Positions 19,635 through 28,835 of a DNA stretch of 32,000 bases are shown piece by piece. This DNA comes from Gemmata obscuriglobus. GTDB lineage: Bacteria > Planctomycetota > Planctomycetia > Gemmatales > Gemmataceae. The position numbers and the translations under genes are program-made. The first letter of the stretch is position 1. The number at the start of each line of letters is the position of its first letter. The notes beneath the pieces were generated by a model. It had not been told where the DNA came from, searched no databases, and was given only the letters and a program-made list of their open reading frames with translations. The stretch lies in the NCBI RefSeq assembly GCF_008065095.1, contig NZ_CP042911.1:7380001-7412000 (forward strand). The letters run 5' to 3'.

Positions 19635-21986
19635 TCAGTTCAAATACAGGAACTCGTTGCTCGCCAGGAGGGCCTGCGCGAGCAACGCCCACGCGGGGGC
19701 GTCGCCCTCGCGAGCCGGGCGGATCAGCCCGCGCGCGGTGCCCAATTCGTCGGGGTTCGGGTCGCGCAAGAGCACCTTCCGGAACAGCGCCCGCACGCCC
19801 TCGTCGGCCGGCTTCCCGTCCGCCGCTTTCGCCAACTGCTTCGCGGCCTGGCGCACGAACGGGCTGTTCAGGAAGTAGAGCTGCTGGACCGGCGTGGTCG
19901 TGGCCTCGCGCTTCTCGCCGTGCGTCTTCGGGTCCGGCAGGTCGAATAGACGGTGAACGTCACTCGGGCGCTCGCGACTCACCCGACCGAACACGGTGCG
20001 CCGCACGCTCCGGAGGTCGTCGAGGTTGTCCGACGGGCCGCCGCCGGCGAGCGAAAGCTGCCCGCTGACCTGGAGGATGGAGTCGCGCCACGCTTCGAGT
20101 TCGAGCCGCTTGCGCGGGGCGCGCCACAGCCACCGGTCATCGGGATCAACCGCCGCGGCACGCTCGTCGTGCCGACTCGCCTGGCAGTACGCGGCGGATG
20201 TCACCAGCTCGCGCACGAGCCACTTCACCGACCCCTTGTTCGCGAGGAACCGGGCGGCCAGGTCGTCGAGGAGCTCCGGGTGCGTCGGGCGCTCGCCGAG
20301 CGCGCCGAAGTTGCTCGGGGTGGCGACCAGCGGGCGGCCGAACACCCAGCCCCACACGCGGTTCACGTACACCCGGGCCGACAGCCCGGCGGCGTCCGTC
20401 ACAATCGCGTCGGCCAGCTCGCGCCGGCCGCTGCCGTCCTTGAACGGCTTCGGCGCGCCCGCGGACAGCACTTCCAGGAACCGCCGGGGAACGATGTCTC
20501 CCGGCCGCGCCGGGTTGCCGCGGACGAACACCGGCAGGTCGCGGAACTGGCTCGTGCGGTAGTCGATCACCGTCCAGTCGGGGTCGTCGCCGTTGACCCA
20601 CGTCCCGGCGTCCCGCACCACGTTCGCGATCGCTCCCCCCTCCAGCGCCTTCTCGCGCTTCTGGAGTTCGGCCAGCCGCGGTTGCAATTCCTTGATCTGC
20701 TTGTCGAACGGGGCGGTGTCCCTCTTTTCCTTCACGGCGGTGCCGCGCAACTCGCGCGCGTACCCGAGCCGCATATCGACATCGAGCCGGGCAAGCCGGA
20801 CGGTGGTGAGCGCCTCCTGGGCCGCGCCCGCGTCGGGCTTCAGCGGCCGCTCCGCCAGTTGCGTGTTCGCCAGCACCCCGGCCAAGGCGTAATAGTCCTT
20901 CGTGCTGACCGGGTCGAACTTGTGGTCGTGGCACCGCGCACACGCCACGGTGAGCCCCAGGAGCCCGCGGGTGATCGCGTCCACCCGCTCGTCCCACTCG
21001 TCGGCCACGATCTCGGAGATCACCGCCTTCGAGAGCTTCGGCTCCTTGTGATACACCGGCGACAGCCCGAGGTAGCCGAGCGCCGCGAAATCTTCGGGCG
21101 TCGTGTCGGCGAGCCGGTCGGCCGCCAGTTGGAGCCGGACGAACCGGTCGAACGGAACGTCGGTGTTGAACGCCGCGATCACCCAGTCGCGGTACCGGTG
21201 CGGGAACCGCGGCGGGCGGCACGTCGACTCGCCGGTAGGGTTGTCCTCGGCGTACCGGGCCACGTCGAACCAGTGGCGCGCCCACTTCTCACCGAACCGG
21301 GGGGACGCGAGCAGTTCGTCCACCAACTTTTCGTAGGCGTCGGGCCGGTCGTCCGCGGCGAACGCTTCCACCTGCTCGAAGGTCGGCGGGAGCCCGATCA
21401 GGTCGAGGTACGCGCGGCGGATCAGGGTCCGGCGGTCCGCGAGCGGGGCCGGCTTGAGACGCTTCTCGTCGAGTTTCTGAAGGACAAAAAAGTCAGACTT
21501 TCGCGTCGGCCACTTCGGATCGTTCACCGCCGGCGCGGCGCGTTCGGCGACCGGTACAAACGACCAGAACTTCCGGGGGTCTTCACCGATCGCGGCCGGC
21601 TTGGTCGCGGCCGGGAGCGGGGCGCCCATCTTAACCCACGCGTGCAGATCGCGGATTGCGGCTGCCGGCAACTTCCCCTTCGGGGGCATCGCTGGCGCGT
21701 CGGGGGCGTGGTCGATCGATTTCAGAAGGAGGCTGTCTTCGTCCTTCGGCTTGACGGCCGGGCCGGAATCGCCGCCCTTGCGGATGGCGTCCGGGGTGTC
21801 GAGCCGGAGCCCGCCCTTGTCCTTCTTCGCACCGAGCGAGTGGCACGAGTAGCAGTGCTCCGCGAGCACCGGGCGCACCTTCTTCTCGAAGAAGTCGGTG
21901 CCCTCGTCGGCGCGCCCGACCGCCGGAGCCAGCGCGACGAGCGCGAGCGCCGCCGCTCGCACAATCAGCTTCGTTTCGGCGCGCAT
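19635..21986 (-). CDS. PSCyt2-DUF1549-DUF1553 protein (planctomycete cytochrome-c-like, PSD1 type)
   Basis: 783 aa. It has a signal peptide (LALVALAPAVGRA) and a heme-type CxxCH motif (EHCYSCHS). A DUF1549-like stretch is RTLIRRAYLDLIGLPPT. A DUF1553-like stretch is CARCHDHKFDPVSTKDYYALAGV. Confidence 0.92.
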   Translation of the reverse strand: MRAETKLIVRAAALALVALAPAVGRADEGTDFFEKKVRPVLAEHCYSCHSLGAKKDKGGLRLDTPDAIRKGGDSGPAVKPKDEDSLLLKSIDHAPDAPAMPPKGKLPAAAIRDLHAWVKMGAPLPAATKPAAIGEDPRKFWSFVPVAERAAPAVNDPKWPTRKSDFFVLQKLDEKRLKPAPLADRRTLIRRAYLDLIGLPPTFEQVEAFAADDRPDAYEKLVDELLASPRFGEKWARHWFDVARYAEDNPTGESTCRPPRFPHRYRDWVIAAFNTDVPFDRFVRLQLAADRLADTTPEDFAALGYLGLSPVYHKEPKLSKAVISEIVADEWDERVDAITRGLLGLTVACARCHDHKFDPVSTKDYYALAGVLANTQLAERPLKPDAGAAQEALTTVRLARLDVDMRLGYARELRGTAVKEKRDTAPFDKQIKELQPRLAELQKREKALEGGAIANVVRDAGTWVNGDDPDWTVIDYRTSQFRDLPVFVRGNPARPGDIVPRRFLEVLSAGAPKPFKDGSGRRELADAIVTDAAGLSARVYVNRVWGWVFGRPLVATPSNFGALGERPTHPELLDDLAARFLANKGSVKWLVRELVTSAAYCQASRHDERAAAVDPDDRWLWRAPRKRLELEAWRDSILQVSGQLSLAGGGPSDNLDDLRSVRRTVFGRVSRERPSDVHRLFDLPDPKTHGEKREATTTPVQQLYFLNSPFVRQAAKQLAKAADGKPADEGVRALFRKVLLRDPNPDELGTARGLIRPAREGDAPAWALLAQALLASNEFLYLN

Positions 21987-22108
21987 ACGCTATTGGAGCT
22001 TGAGTGCGGGGGTGGGAACGACAAGCGGAGAGAGGCGTGGAATGATCATCGTACCCCACCCGCGCCGTGAGTCGAGACCAAAACAGGGCGCCGGCAGAAT
22101 CCCGCACC

Positions 22109-22420
22109 TCACCCCGTTGGCTGCGCGGCAAGTTCGGCGAACCCGTTCACGATCTCTTCGCGCGAGGGGCGCGACACCTGGCTAACCACCCGGCCGTCGC
22201 GCATGAACACCAGCGTCGGCCACAACTTCACGCGGAACGAGCGGCCGAGCGGCTTGCCCTTCCCGTCCTCGATCCCGATGTGCCGCACCTGCGGGTGCTG
22301 CGCCCGCAGATCGGCCATCGCCGGCTGAATCCCCTGACAGTGCGGGCACCAGTCGGCCCCGAACTCCAGTACCACCGGGCCGGACAGCCGGTCCACTTCT
22401 TCGCGCGTCGGTTCGGACAT
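22109..22420 (-). CDS. Thioredoxin-family protein
   Basis: 103 aa with the active site WCPHC in EFGADWCPHCQ. The length is typical of thioredoxins, and the cis-Pro region WPTLVF is present. Confidence 0.88.
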   Translation of the reverse strand: MSEPTREEVDRLSGPVVLEFGADWCPHCQGIQPAMADLRAQHPQVRHIGIEDGKGKPLGRSFRVKLWPTLVFMRDGRVVSQVSRPSREEIVNGFAELAAQPTG

Positions 22421-22827
22421 CTTCCCTCCAAAAGCTCAGGGCGACGGCACGAGTGATGCGAGACCAAACTATGCAGCCGGCGCGCCGGGCGGAGATCTCA
22501 GCCGGACTCTCGCCCGGTAATAAGGTCCGATGCTGACCGGCACCTCCAGGACGCGCATGGGCAAGGTGAAAATCGTTTTCCGAATGCGTCCGACGGCACG
22601 AGGAGGCGCGAACAGAGCCGCGGAACAGTAGGCCCTGGTCGGTTCAGACGGGCACACCACACAGGCCCGATCGCACGCCTTCTTATTCACGCGGCGTGCG
22701 CGAAAAGGTCTTGAATACGGTGACAATCCGCACCCGCCTCCGAGCCGCACGTCTCGGCCCGCGCTTACGTGTGCAAGGACTCGAATTCGACGGGGATGGA
22801 GTTCTGTCAGGCGGGGCAACCGAAGTC

Positions 22828-22871
22828 GTGCGGGTGCCGCGCTCGGACTCATCCCGAGCGCGGCACCGCAC
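22828..22871 (-). terminator. Putative terminator hairpin downstream of htpG
   Basis: gtgcgggtgccgcgctcgg (22828-22846) pairs with ccgagcgcggcaccgcac (22854-22871). This gives an 18-bp stem with one bulged G, about 80 nt after the htpG stop. There is no U-tract. Confidence 0.45.
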
Positions 22872-22950
22872 GAGTGCACGTTGAACGCCCTTCGGCCGAC
22901 CGAAAGCGGGCAAGATGCCCGCGCTACGCGGAGGGCCGAACCAAGCGTCC

Positions 22951-24843
22951 TTAAGCTCCCGCCTTGGCGTCGCGGGCGATCAGGTCGTTGACCCGCTTCG
23001 CGAACGCCACCGGGTCCGACACCTTCGACCCTTCCGCCACCACCGCCTGCTCGTACAGCAGGCGCGCGTACAGGTCGAGCCGCACGTCGGCGGCGTCCTT
23101 TTCGTGCAGCGTGCGGACCGCTTCGACGGTCGCGTGGTTGGGGTTCAGTTCCAGGACGCGCTTCGCGGTGCCGGAGTCGCGGCCCATCCGCTCCATGAGA
23201 CGCTCCATGTGCGCCGACACCCCGTTGGCGTCGGCCACGAGGCACGCGGCGCTCTCGGTGAGCCGGTTCGTGAGCCGCACGTCCGCCACGTCCGGCAGCT
23301 TCTCCTTCAGCGCGCCGAGCAGCGCCTTGAACCGCTCCTTGTCGCCGTCCGGCACGTCGCCGCCCCCGGCCGCCTCGCCGCGGTCCGCCGCCACCAGTTT
23401 CTTGCCCTTGTACTCGCCGAGCTGCGGGATGGCGAACTCGTCGATCGGGTCGGTGAGCAGCAGCACGTCCTGGCCCTTGGCCCGGAACGCTTCCAGGTAC
23501 GGCGAGTGCCGGAGCTGTTCCGCCGATTCGCCGATCAGGTACGCGATGTCCTTCTGGCCCTCGGGCATCTTCCCGACATATTCGGCCAGCGTCGTGAACT
23601 TGCCCGCCTCGGTGTTCGCGCTCTCGAACAGCAGCAGGTCGGCGATCTTCTCGCGGTTGCTCCAGTCGCGGGTCAGCCCCTCCTTCAGGACTGTGCCGAA
23701 CGCCTTGTAGAAGCCCAGGTACTTGTCGAACTCGATGTTCTTCATCCCGCCGAGCGATTCCAGCACGTTCTTGACCACGCTCTTCTGGATCACGTCGAGC
23801 AGCGGGTTCTGCTGCAGCAGCTCGCGCGACACGTTCAGCGGCAGGTCGGCCGAGTCCACCACGCCCTTCACGAACCGCAGGTAGGTGGGGAGCAGTTGCT
23901 CGCACCGGTCCATGATGAGCACGCGCTGCACGTACAGCTTCAGCCCGGCGACCGGCTCCTCGTAATCGAACCCCCACGGCTTGCGGGCCGGGACGAAGCA
24001 CAGCACCTTGAACTCGGTCTTGCCCTCGGCGGCGTAGTGGATGATGTCCGCGGGGCCGTCGCTGTCGTGCGTGAGCGACTTGTAGAACTCGTCGTACTCC
24101 TCCGGCTTCACCTCGCTCTTGGAGCGGAGCCAGATCGCCTTGCGCGAGTTGAGCGTCTCCTCGGTGACCTCTTTCTTCTTCTCCTCGCCCTCGCCCACCT
24201 CCTTCTCGACGTCCATCGTGACGGGGTGCTCGAGGAAGTCCGAGAACTTCCGCACCAGCGAGCGGAGCCGCCACTGATCGAGGAAGTCCTTCGCGTCGTC
24301 CTTGAGGTGCAGGATCACGTCCGTCCCGCGGGCCGGCTTCTCGGCCGCCTCAAGCGTGTACGCGCCCTGCCCGTCGGACTCCCACCGGGTGCCATCAGCC
24401 GGTGAGCCCGGGCCGCGGGTGACCACCGTCACCTTGTCGGCGACCATGAACGCGGAGTAGAAGCCGACGCCGAACTGCCCGATCAGCCCCGGCGCTTCGC
24501 CGGACTTGCCGGCCTGCTTCGCGGCCTCCAGGAACGCCTTCGTGCCCGACTGGGCGACCGTGCCGAGGTTGGCGATCACCTCCTCGCGCGTCATCCCGAT
24601 CCCGTTGTCGGAGATGGTCAGCGTTTTCGCTTCGGCGTTGGGGGTGAGTTTGATCTTCCAGTCGGTGTTGCCTTCGAGCTTGTCGGCGTTGGCCAGCGCG
24701 TCGAACCGCACCTTGTTGATGGCGTCCGAGGCGTTGGAGATCAGCTCGCGGAGGAAGATCTCGCGGTCCGAGTAGAGCGAGTGCGTGATGAGGTGCAGGA
24801 GCTGCTTCAGTTCGGCTTTGAACTCGAGCGTTTCGGCGGCCAT
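22951..24843 (-). CDS. htpG: Molecular chaperone HtpG (Hsp90)
   Basis: 630 aa. The N-terminal GHKL ATPase signature is FKAELKQLLHLITHSLYSDREIFLRELISNASDA, with IGQFGVGFYSAFMVA further on. The architecture is full-length Hsp90. Confidence 0.97.
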   Translation of the reverse strand: MAAETLEFKAELKQLLHLITHSLYSDREIFLRELISNASDAINKVRFDALANADKLEGNTDWKIKLTPNAEAKTLTISDNGIGMTREEVIANLGTVAQSGTKAFLEAAKQAGKSGEAPGLIGQFGVGFYSAFMVADKVTVVTRGPGSPADGTRWESDGQGAYTLEAAEKPARGTDVILHLKDDAKDFLDQWRLRSLVRKFSDFLEHPVTMDVEKEVGEGEEKKKEVTEETLNSRKAIWLRSKSEVKPEEYDEFYKSLTHDSDGPADIIHYAAEGKTEFKVLCFVPARKPWGFDYEEPVAGLKLYVQRVLIMDRCEQLLPTYLRFVKGVVDSADLPLNVSRELLQQNPLLDVIQKSVVKNVLESLGGMKNIEFDKYLGFYKAFGTVLKEGLTRDWSNREKIADLLLFESANTEAGKFTTLAEYVGKMPEGQKDIAYLIGESAEQLRHSPYLEAFRAKGQDVLLLTDPIDEFAIPQLGEYKGKKLVAADRGEAAGGGDVPDGDKERFKALLGALKEKLPDVADVRLTNRLTESAACLVADANGVSAHMERLMERMGRDSGTAKRVLELNPNHATVEAVRTLHEKDAADVRLDLYARLLYEQAVVAEGSKVSDPVAFAKRVNDLIARDAKAGA

Positions 24844-25169
24844 CGTTTGAACCCCAGAAAATCGGAAGCCGCTGCCACCGTCACGGCAGCGGGCACACGG
24901 AACGTCAGAGCCGGACCTGCCGAAGCAACCGCCCGATATGCCGTAACTTACGGCGAAAGGGGCGGACAGCAGGGTGACAAAATGTCAGTATATTATTGGG
25001 ATGTCCCACACTAATGCGATCTGCGTGCCATTTCGTGATTGGGGAGAACGGCGACGCCGGATGCGGTCTTTCGGCTCAAGTGTCAACCCGGACGGCCCAA
25101 TCTGCCGAAACAGGTCGTGACGGATGCGCCGGATGGCCCAGCCCGGCGCGCACTTCACAGGAGTCAGGG

Positions 25170-27071
25170 ATGACGACTTCGCAGGTGACGGTCAGGACGC
25201 TCGCTGCGCTGACGCTGGTGGTCGGGTTCGCCGCTGCCGCGCGTGCCCAGCCGGCCCCGGTGACGGTCGAGTGGGCGCTCAAGCAGAACCCTAAGCAGCC
25301 CGGGGTGAACGTTTCGACCCCGCCGGCAACGGGGTGCCGGATCACGCCCGTTCTGAACCCGGACCCGAAAGCGGGCGGCAAGTCGATGGGCTCGCTCCTC
25401 AAAGGCCCAGACGACAAGCCGGTGCGCCAGTTCGTGAGCTACGACGACAAGAGCTTCAACATCATCGTGTACTACCTCGACGGGGTCGAGGCGTACCGCG
25501 AGGTGTACATGCCGGACCCGAAGGAGCCGTTCCAGTTCCGCTGGGTCGGCCCGAACGGCACCAAGTGGGGGCTGGACCGCAACCGCGACGGGGTCATCGA
25601 CGAGTGGGCGGTGATCTCCCCCGAAGAGGTGAGCCAGGAGGTGGCCGCGGCGCTGGCCGCGAACGACCCGAAGCGGCTCGCGGCGCTGGTGGTGACCCGC
25701 GAGAACCTCGCCGGCCTCGGGCTCCCGGCCGCCGACGTCAACCAGGCGGTCGCCCGCGCAAGCGGGGTGGCGAAGAAGCTGGCGGACACCGCCGCCGCGC
25801 TCAAACTAAGCGACAAGGCGCGGTGGCTGCACGTCGAGTATGGCATCCCGAGCGTGCGCCCTGCGGACGCGTTCAACGGGCGCGAGGACTACACCGCGTA
25901 CAAGAACGGCACGGTGTTCGTGGAGGACGGCGGGAAGGGCGTTCCCTTCCAAATGGGTGAGCTGGTGCAGATCGGCCGCGCGTGGAAGCTCGTGGACGGC
26001 CCGGCGCCCGGCGCCGCGGTGCAACAGGTGAACGCCAGCGGGGCCGAAGCGGCCCCGGTGTCGGACGAGATCCGCCCCCTGGTCGAACGGCTCAACAAGC
26101 ACGACGAGGGAGGCGCAGGGTTAAAGTCGCCGCAGGAGATCGCCAAGTTCAATGCCGACCGGGCAGACATCCTTGAGCTAATCAACCAGGCGCTCAAGGA
26201 CGAGAGCAAGAAAGAGACCTGGATCAAGATGCTGCTGGACAGCCACGCGGCAGCGGCCGAGGGCGATAAGGCCGGCAACAAACACCTGGTGCGGATCGAT
26301 CAGTTCAAGAAAGCGTACTCGGCGCCAGGGGCGAACGCGGCCATCGCCTCCTACGCGGCGTTCCGGCTGATCTACGCCGAGAACGCGGTCGCGATGGCGA
26401 ACCTGCCGCCGAACGGGCAACTCGGTCCGATCCAGGACAAGTGGCGCGAGTCGCTGGAAGAGTTCGTGAAGACGTACCCGCAGAGCGCCGACGCGCCCGA
26501 AGCGCTGTGGCGGCTGGCAATGGCGCACGAGCACTCCGGCGCGAAGGACGGCGAGGCGAAGGCGCGGGTCGCGTTCGAGGCGCTGGTGAAGGGCCACGCC
26601 AACACCGCGCAGGGGCTGAAGGCCGCGGGCGCGCTGAAGCGGTACGACGCCGAGGGCAAGCCGCTGGAGCTGGTGGGCACGGTGCTGGGCACCACGCAAC
26701 AGTTCAACGCCGCTCAGCCGGGCAAGGTGGTGGTGCTGTACTACTGGGCGAGCTGGAGCCAATCGCTTCCGGATGACGCCAAGAAGCTTCAGTCCCTGCT
26801 GAAGGACTACGAAGGGAAGGGGCTGGCGGTGGTGACGGTGAGCGTGGACCACGACCCGAAGGTGGCGGCCGAGGCCGCGAAGAAGGTCGGGCTGCCCGGC
26901 ACCCACCTGTTCGCAGAAGGCGGGCTGGACGGCAGCGCGCTGGCCGCCGCCTACGGCATCCTGGCACCGCCGCACGCGTTCGTCATCGGCAAGGACGGCA
27001 AGATCGTGAACCGCAAGGCCCAGGTTCAGACCCTTGAGGACGACCTCAAGAAGCTGTTCAGCGACAAGTAA
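25170..27071 (+). CDS. Secreted TPR / TlpA-like thioredoxin-fold protein lacking the CxxC active site
   Basis: 633 aa from the ATG at 25170, with AGGAG upstream. The signal peptide is LAALTLVVGFAAAARAQ. The C-terminal roughly 150 aa align to TlpA/ResA, judged from memory (GKVVVLYYWASWSQSLPDD...GLAVVTVSVDHD...PHAFVIGKDGKIV). The expected WCxxC is WSQSL. Confidence 0.85.
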   Translation: MTTSQVTVRTLAALTLVVGFAAAARAQPAPVTVEWALKQNPKQPGVNVSTPPATGCRITPVLNPDPKAGGKSMGSLLKGPDDKPVRQFVSYDDKSFNIIVYYLDGVEAYREVYMPDPKEPFQFRWVGPNGTKWGLDRNRDGVIDEWAVISPEEVSQEVAAALAANDPKRLAALVVTRENLAGLGLPAADVNQAVARASGVAKKLADTAAALKLSDKARWLHVEYGIPSVRPADAFNGREDYTAYKNGTVFVEDGGKGVPFQMGELVQIGRAWKLVDGPAPGAAVQQVNASGAEAAPVSDEIRPLVERLNKHDEGGAGLKSPQEIAKFNADRADILELINQALKDESKKETWIKMLLDSHAAAAEGDKAGNKHLVRIDQFKKAYSAPGANAAIASYAAFRLIYAENAVAMANLPPNGQLGPIQDKWRESLEEFVKTYPQSADAPEALWRLAMAHEHSGAKDGEAKARVAFEALVKGHANTAQGLKAAGALKRYDAEGKPLELVGTVLGTTQQFNAAQPGKVVVLYYWASWSQSLPDDAKKLQSLLKDYEGKGLAVVTVSVDHDPKVAAEAAKKVGLPGTHLFAEGGLDGSALAAAYGILAPPHAFVIGKDGKIVNRKAQVQTLEDDLKKLFSDK

Positions 27072-27121
27072 CCGCCGGCAAGCGGGACACGGGTCCCGGG
27101 GTTCGATTAGGGCGTTCGCAC

Positions 27122-27152
27122 GCGGGGGGCTTGTGCCCCCCGCTTTTGTTAT
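27122..27152 (+). terminator. Rho-independent terminator after the TlpA-like gene
   Basis: gcggggggc (27122-27130) is followed by a ttgt loop and gccccccgc (27135-27143), then ttttgttatt. It lies about 50 nt after the stop at 27071. Confidence 0.85.
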
Positions 27153-27220
27153 TGTGGGTGTTCGGCGTTCGTTTGCGGTGGGGACTTACGCCCCCCGCTC
27201 GCCTTTGGTACTGTGGCCCC

Positions 27221-28705
27221 ATGAGCACTCCCTTCGCCGCCGAAGTCGCCGCCGCCCGCACCGCCCAGGAGTCGTGGGGGCGGCTTCCCGTTCGCGAGCG
27301 GCTCCGGTGCGTTCGCAAGCTGCGGGCACTGCTGGTCGAGCGGATGGACGCCGTCGGCGAGGCCATCGCGGCGGACATCGGCCGCCCAGCGCTCGAGATC
27401 GCGGGGAGCGAAATCCTCCCCACCGCTGCGGCGCTCAAGTTCCTCGAAAAGCGCGCCGCCCGCGCCCTCGCCCCGCGGGCCGTGTCGTGGTGGGACCAGC
27501 CCACCTGGCTCATGGGCAACCGGGATGTCGTTCACCACCGCCCCTGGGGCGTGGTCGGGATCATCGGGACGTGGAACTACCCGGTGTTCCTGAACGTCGG
27601 GCAGATCGCGCAGGCGCTCGTCGCGGGCAACGCGGTGCTGTGGAAGCCGAGCGAGAACGTGCCCCAGACGTCGGTCGCGACCGCCCAACTCTTCCGCGAC
27701 GCGGGCTTGCCCCCTGCCCTGCTTCAGGTGCTGCCGGCGACCCGCGAGGCCGGGCCGCAACTGGCCGAGGCGGACGTGGACCACGTCGTGTTCACCGGGT
27801 CCGACGTGGTCGGCCGGAAGCTCGCGGCCCGGCTGGGAGAGCGGCTCGTCCCGTCCACCCTGGAGCTTTCCGGGTGCGACGCGATGTTCGTGTTCGCCGA
27901 CGCCGACCTCGCGATGGCCGCGAAGGCCGCGTGGTTCGGGCTGTCGATCAACCGCGGCCAGACCTGCATCGCGGTGCGGCGCGTCTTCGTGCAGCGGCAG
28001 TGGTGCGAGGCGTTCGTGGCGCTGCTGAAGCCGCTGATCGAGCGGGCCGGCCCGATGGGGCTCGTCACCCCGGGGCAACTCACCCAGGCCGAGCGGCTCA
28101 TTCGAGACGCCGTCAAACGCGGGGCGACGGCGGTGCCGGCTCCGAACGGAGAGGGCAACGACGGCCCCGTCGGCGGGGGGGCGGCTTCCGCCTCCCTGCG
28201 CCCGACGGTTCTGATTAACGTCCCGGCGGACGCGGCGTTCTGCCGCGAGGCGTGCTTCGCGCCGGTCACGGCCGTCATCCCGTTCGACACCCCCGACGAG
28301 GCGCTGGCGCTGGCGAAGCTCTCGCCGTTCGGGCTGTCCGCGTCGGTCTTCTCGGCGGACGTTGAGGCGGGGCGCGCGTTCGCGGCGCGGGTGCCGTCGG
28401 GGAGCGTCGTCATCAACGATGTGCTCGCGCCGACCGCCCACCCCGCGACCCCGTTCGGCGGGCGCGGGGCCAGCGGTTGGGGGGAGACCCAGGGCCGGGA
28501 AGGGTTGCTCGCGATGACAACCCCACAGGTGGTGACCGTTCACAACGGCACGCTGCGGCCGCACCTGGACGACGCCGCCAACCCGGACCCCGCCACGGGC
28601 GAGATCCTGCGCGGGCTGATCCGGTTCTCGCACGGGCGGGGGCTCCGGCACAAGCTCGGCGGGCTGTGGCAGATGGTGCGGGGCGTCCGGCGCAAGAAGA
28701 AGTAA
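27221..28705 (+). CDS. Aldehyde dehydrogenase family protein
   Basis: 494 aa from the ATG at 27221 (MSTPFAAEVAAAR...). ALDH motifs are WNYPV, VLWKPSE, FTGS, the catalytic ELSGCDAMFV, and PFGG.G.SG.G. The short basic C-terminal tail RRKKK is atypical. Confidence 0.9.
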   Translation: MSTPFAAEVAAARTAQESWGRLPVRERLRCVRKLRALLVERMDAVGEAIAADIGRPALEIAGSEILPTAAALKFLEKRAARALAPRAVSWWDQPTWLMGNRDVVHHRPWGVVGIIGTWNYPVFLNVGQIAQALVAGNAVLWKPSENVPQTSVATAQLFRDAGLPPALLQVLPATREAGPQLAEADVDHVVFTGSDVVGRKLAARLGERLVPSTLELSGCDAMFVFADADLAMAAKAAWFGLSINRGQTCIAVRRVFVQRQWCEAFVALLKPLIERAGPMGLVTPGQLTQAERLIRDAVKRGATAVPAPNGEGNDGPVGGGAASASLRPTVLINVPADAAFCREACFAPVTAVIPFDTPDEALALAKLSPFGLSASVFSADVEAGRAFAARVPSGSVVINDVLAPTAHPATPFGGRGASGWGETQGREGLLAMTTPQVVTVHNGTLRPHLDDAANPDPATGEILRGLIRFSHGRGLRHKLGGLWQMVRGVRRKKK

Positions 28706-28758
28706 CGGCCCAACTCCGGGCACCGCGGACGCGGCCTTCGCGACGGATGCGCGGGCGG

Positions 28759-28775
28759 ATTGATTGAGAATCAAT
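28759..28775. promoter_or_regulatory. AT-rich palindrome ATTGATT-gag-AATCAAT upstream of the second kinase promoter
   Basis: It has 7-bp perfect arms and a 3-bp spacer. It overlaps a second dyad, aatca-N5-tgatt (28769-28783). It sits 32 bp upstream of the -35 hexamer. Confidence 0.45.
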
Positions 28776-28806
28776 TAATGATTGGCCTTAGCCGGCCGGC
28801 AAGTTC

Positions 28807-28835
28807 TTGCCACAGTTCCATCACCCCGGTATGAT
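28807..28835 (+). promoter_or_regulatory. Near-consensus sigma-70-type promoter for the second Ser/Thr kinase
   Basis: The -35 hexamer is TTGCCA (28807-28812) and the spacer is exactly 17 nt. The -10 hexamer is TATGAT (28830-28835). It lies about 38 nt upstream of the GTG start at 28874. Confidence 0.5.

Noticed and set aside
430-28774. There are many very long ORFs in alternative frames or antisense to the called genes. Examples are 430-1851 (+), 1950-3518 (-), 5001-6329 (-), 10955-12850 (+), 18027-19508 (+), 19953-22070 (+), 22469-24274 (-), 22915-24405 (+) and 27149-28774 (-).
   Set aside because: Their translations are Arg/Pro/Gly/Ala-rich low-complexity strings with no motifs. They fully overlap genes that have clear family signatures. 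Long stop-free shadow frames are expected in very GC-rich DNA.
28759-28785. I considered whether the AT-rich dyad upstream of the second kinase is a Fur box.
   Set aside because: Only the first hexamer (GAGAAT) resembles the GATAAT repeat of the 19-bp Fur consensus. The rest does not align.
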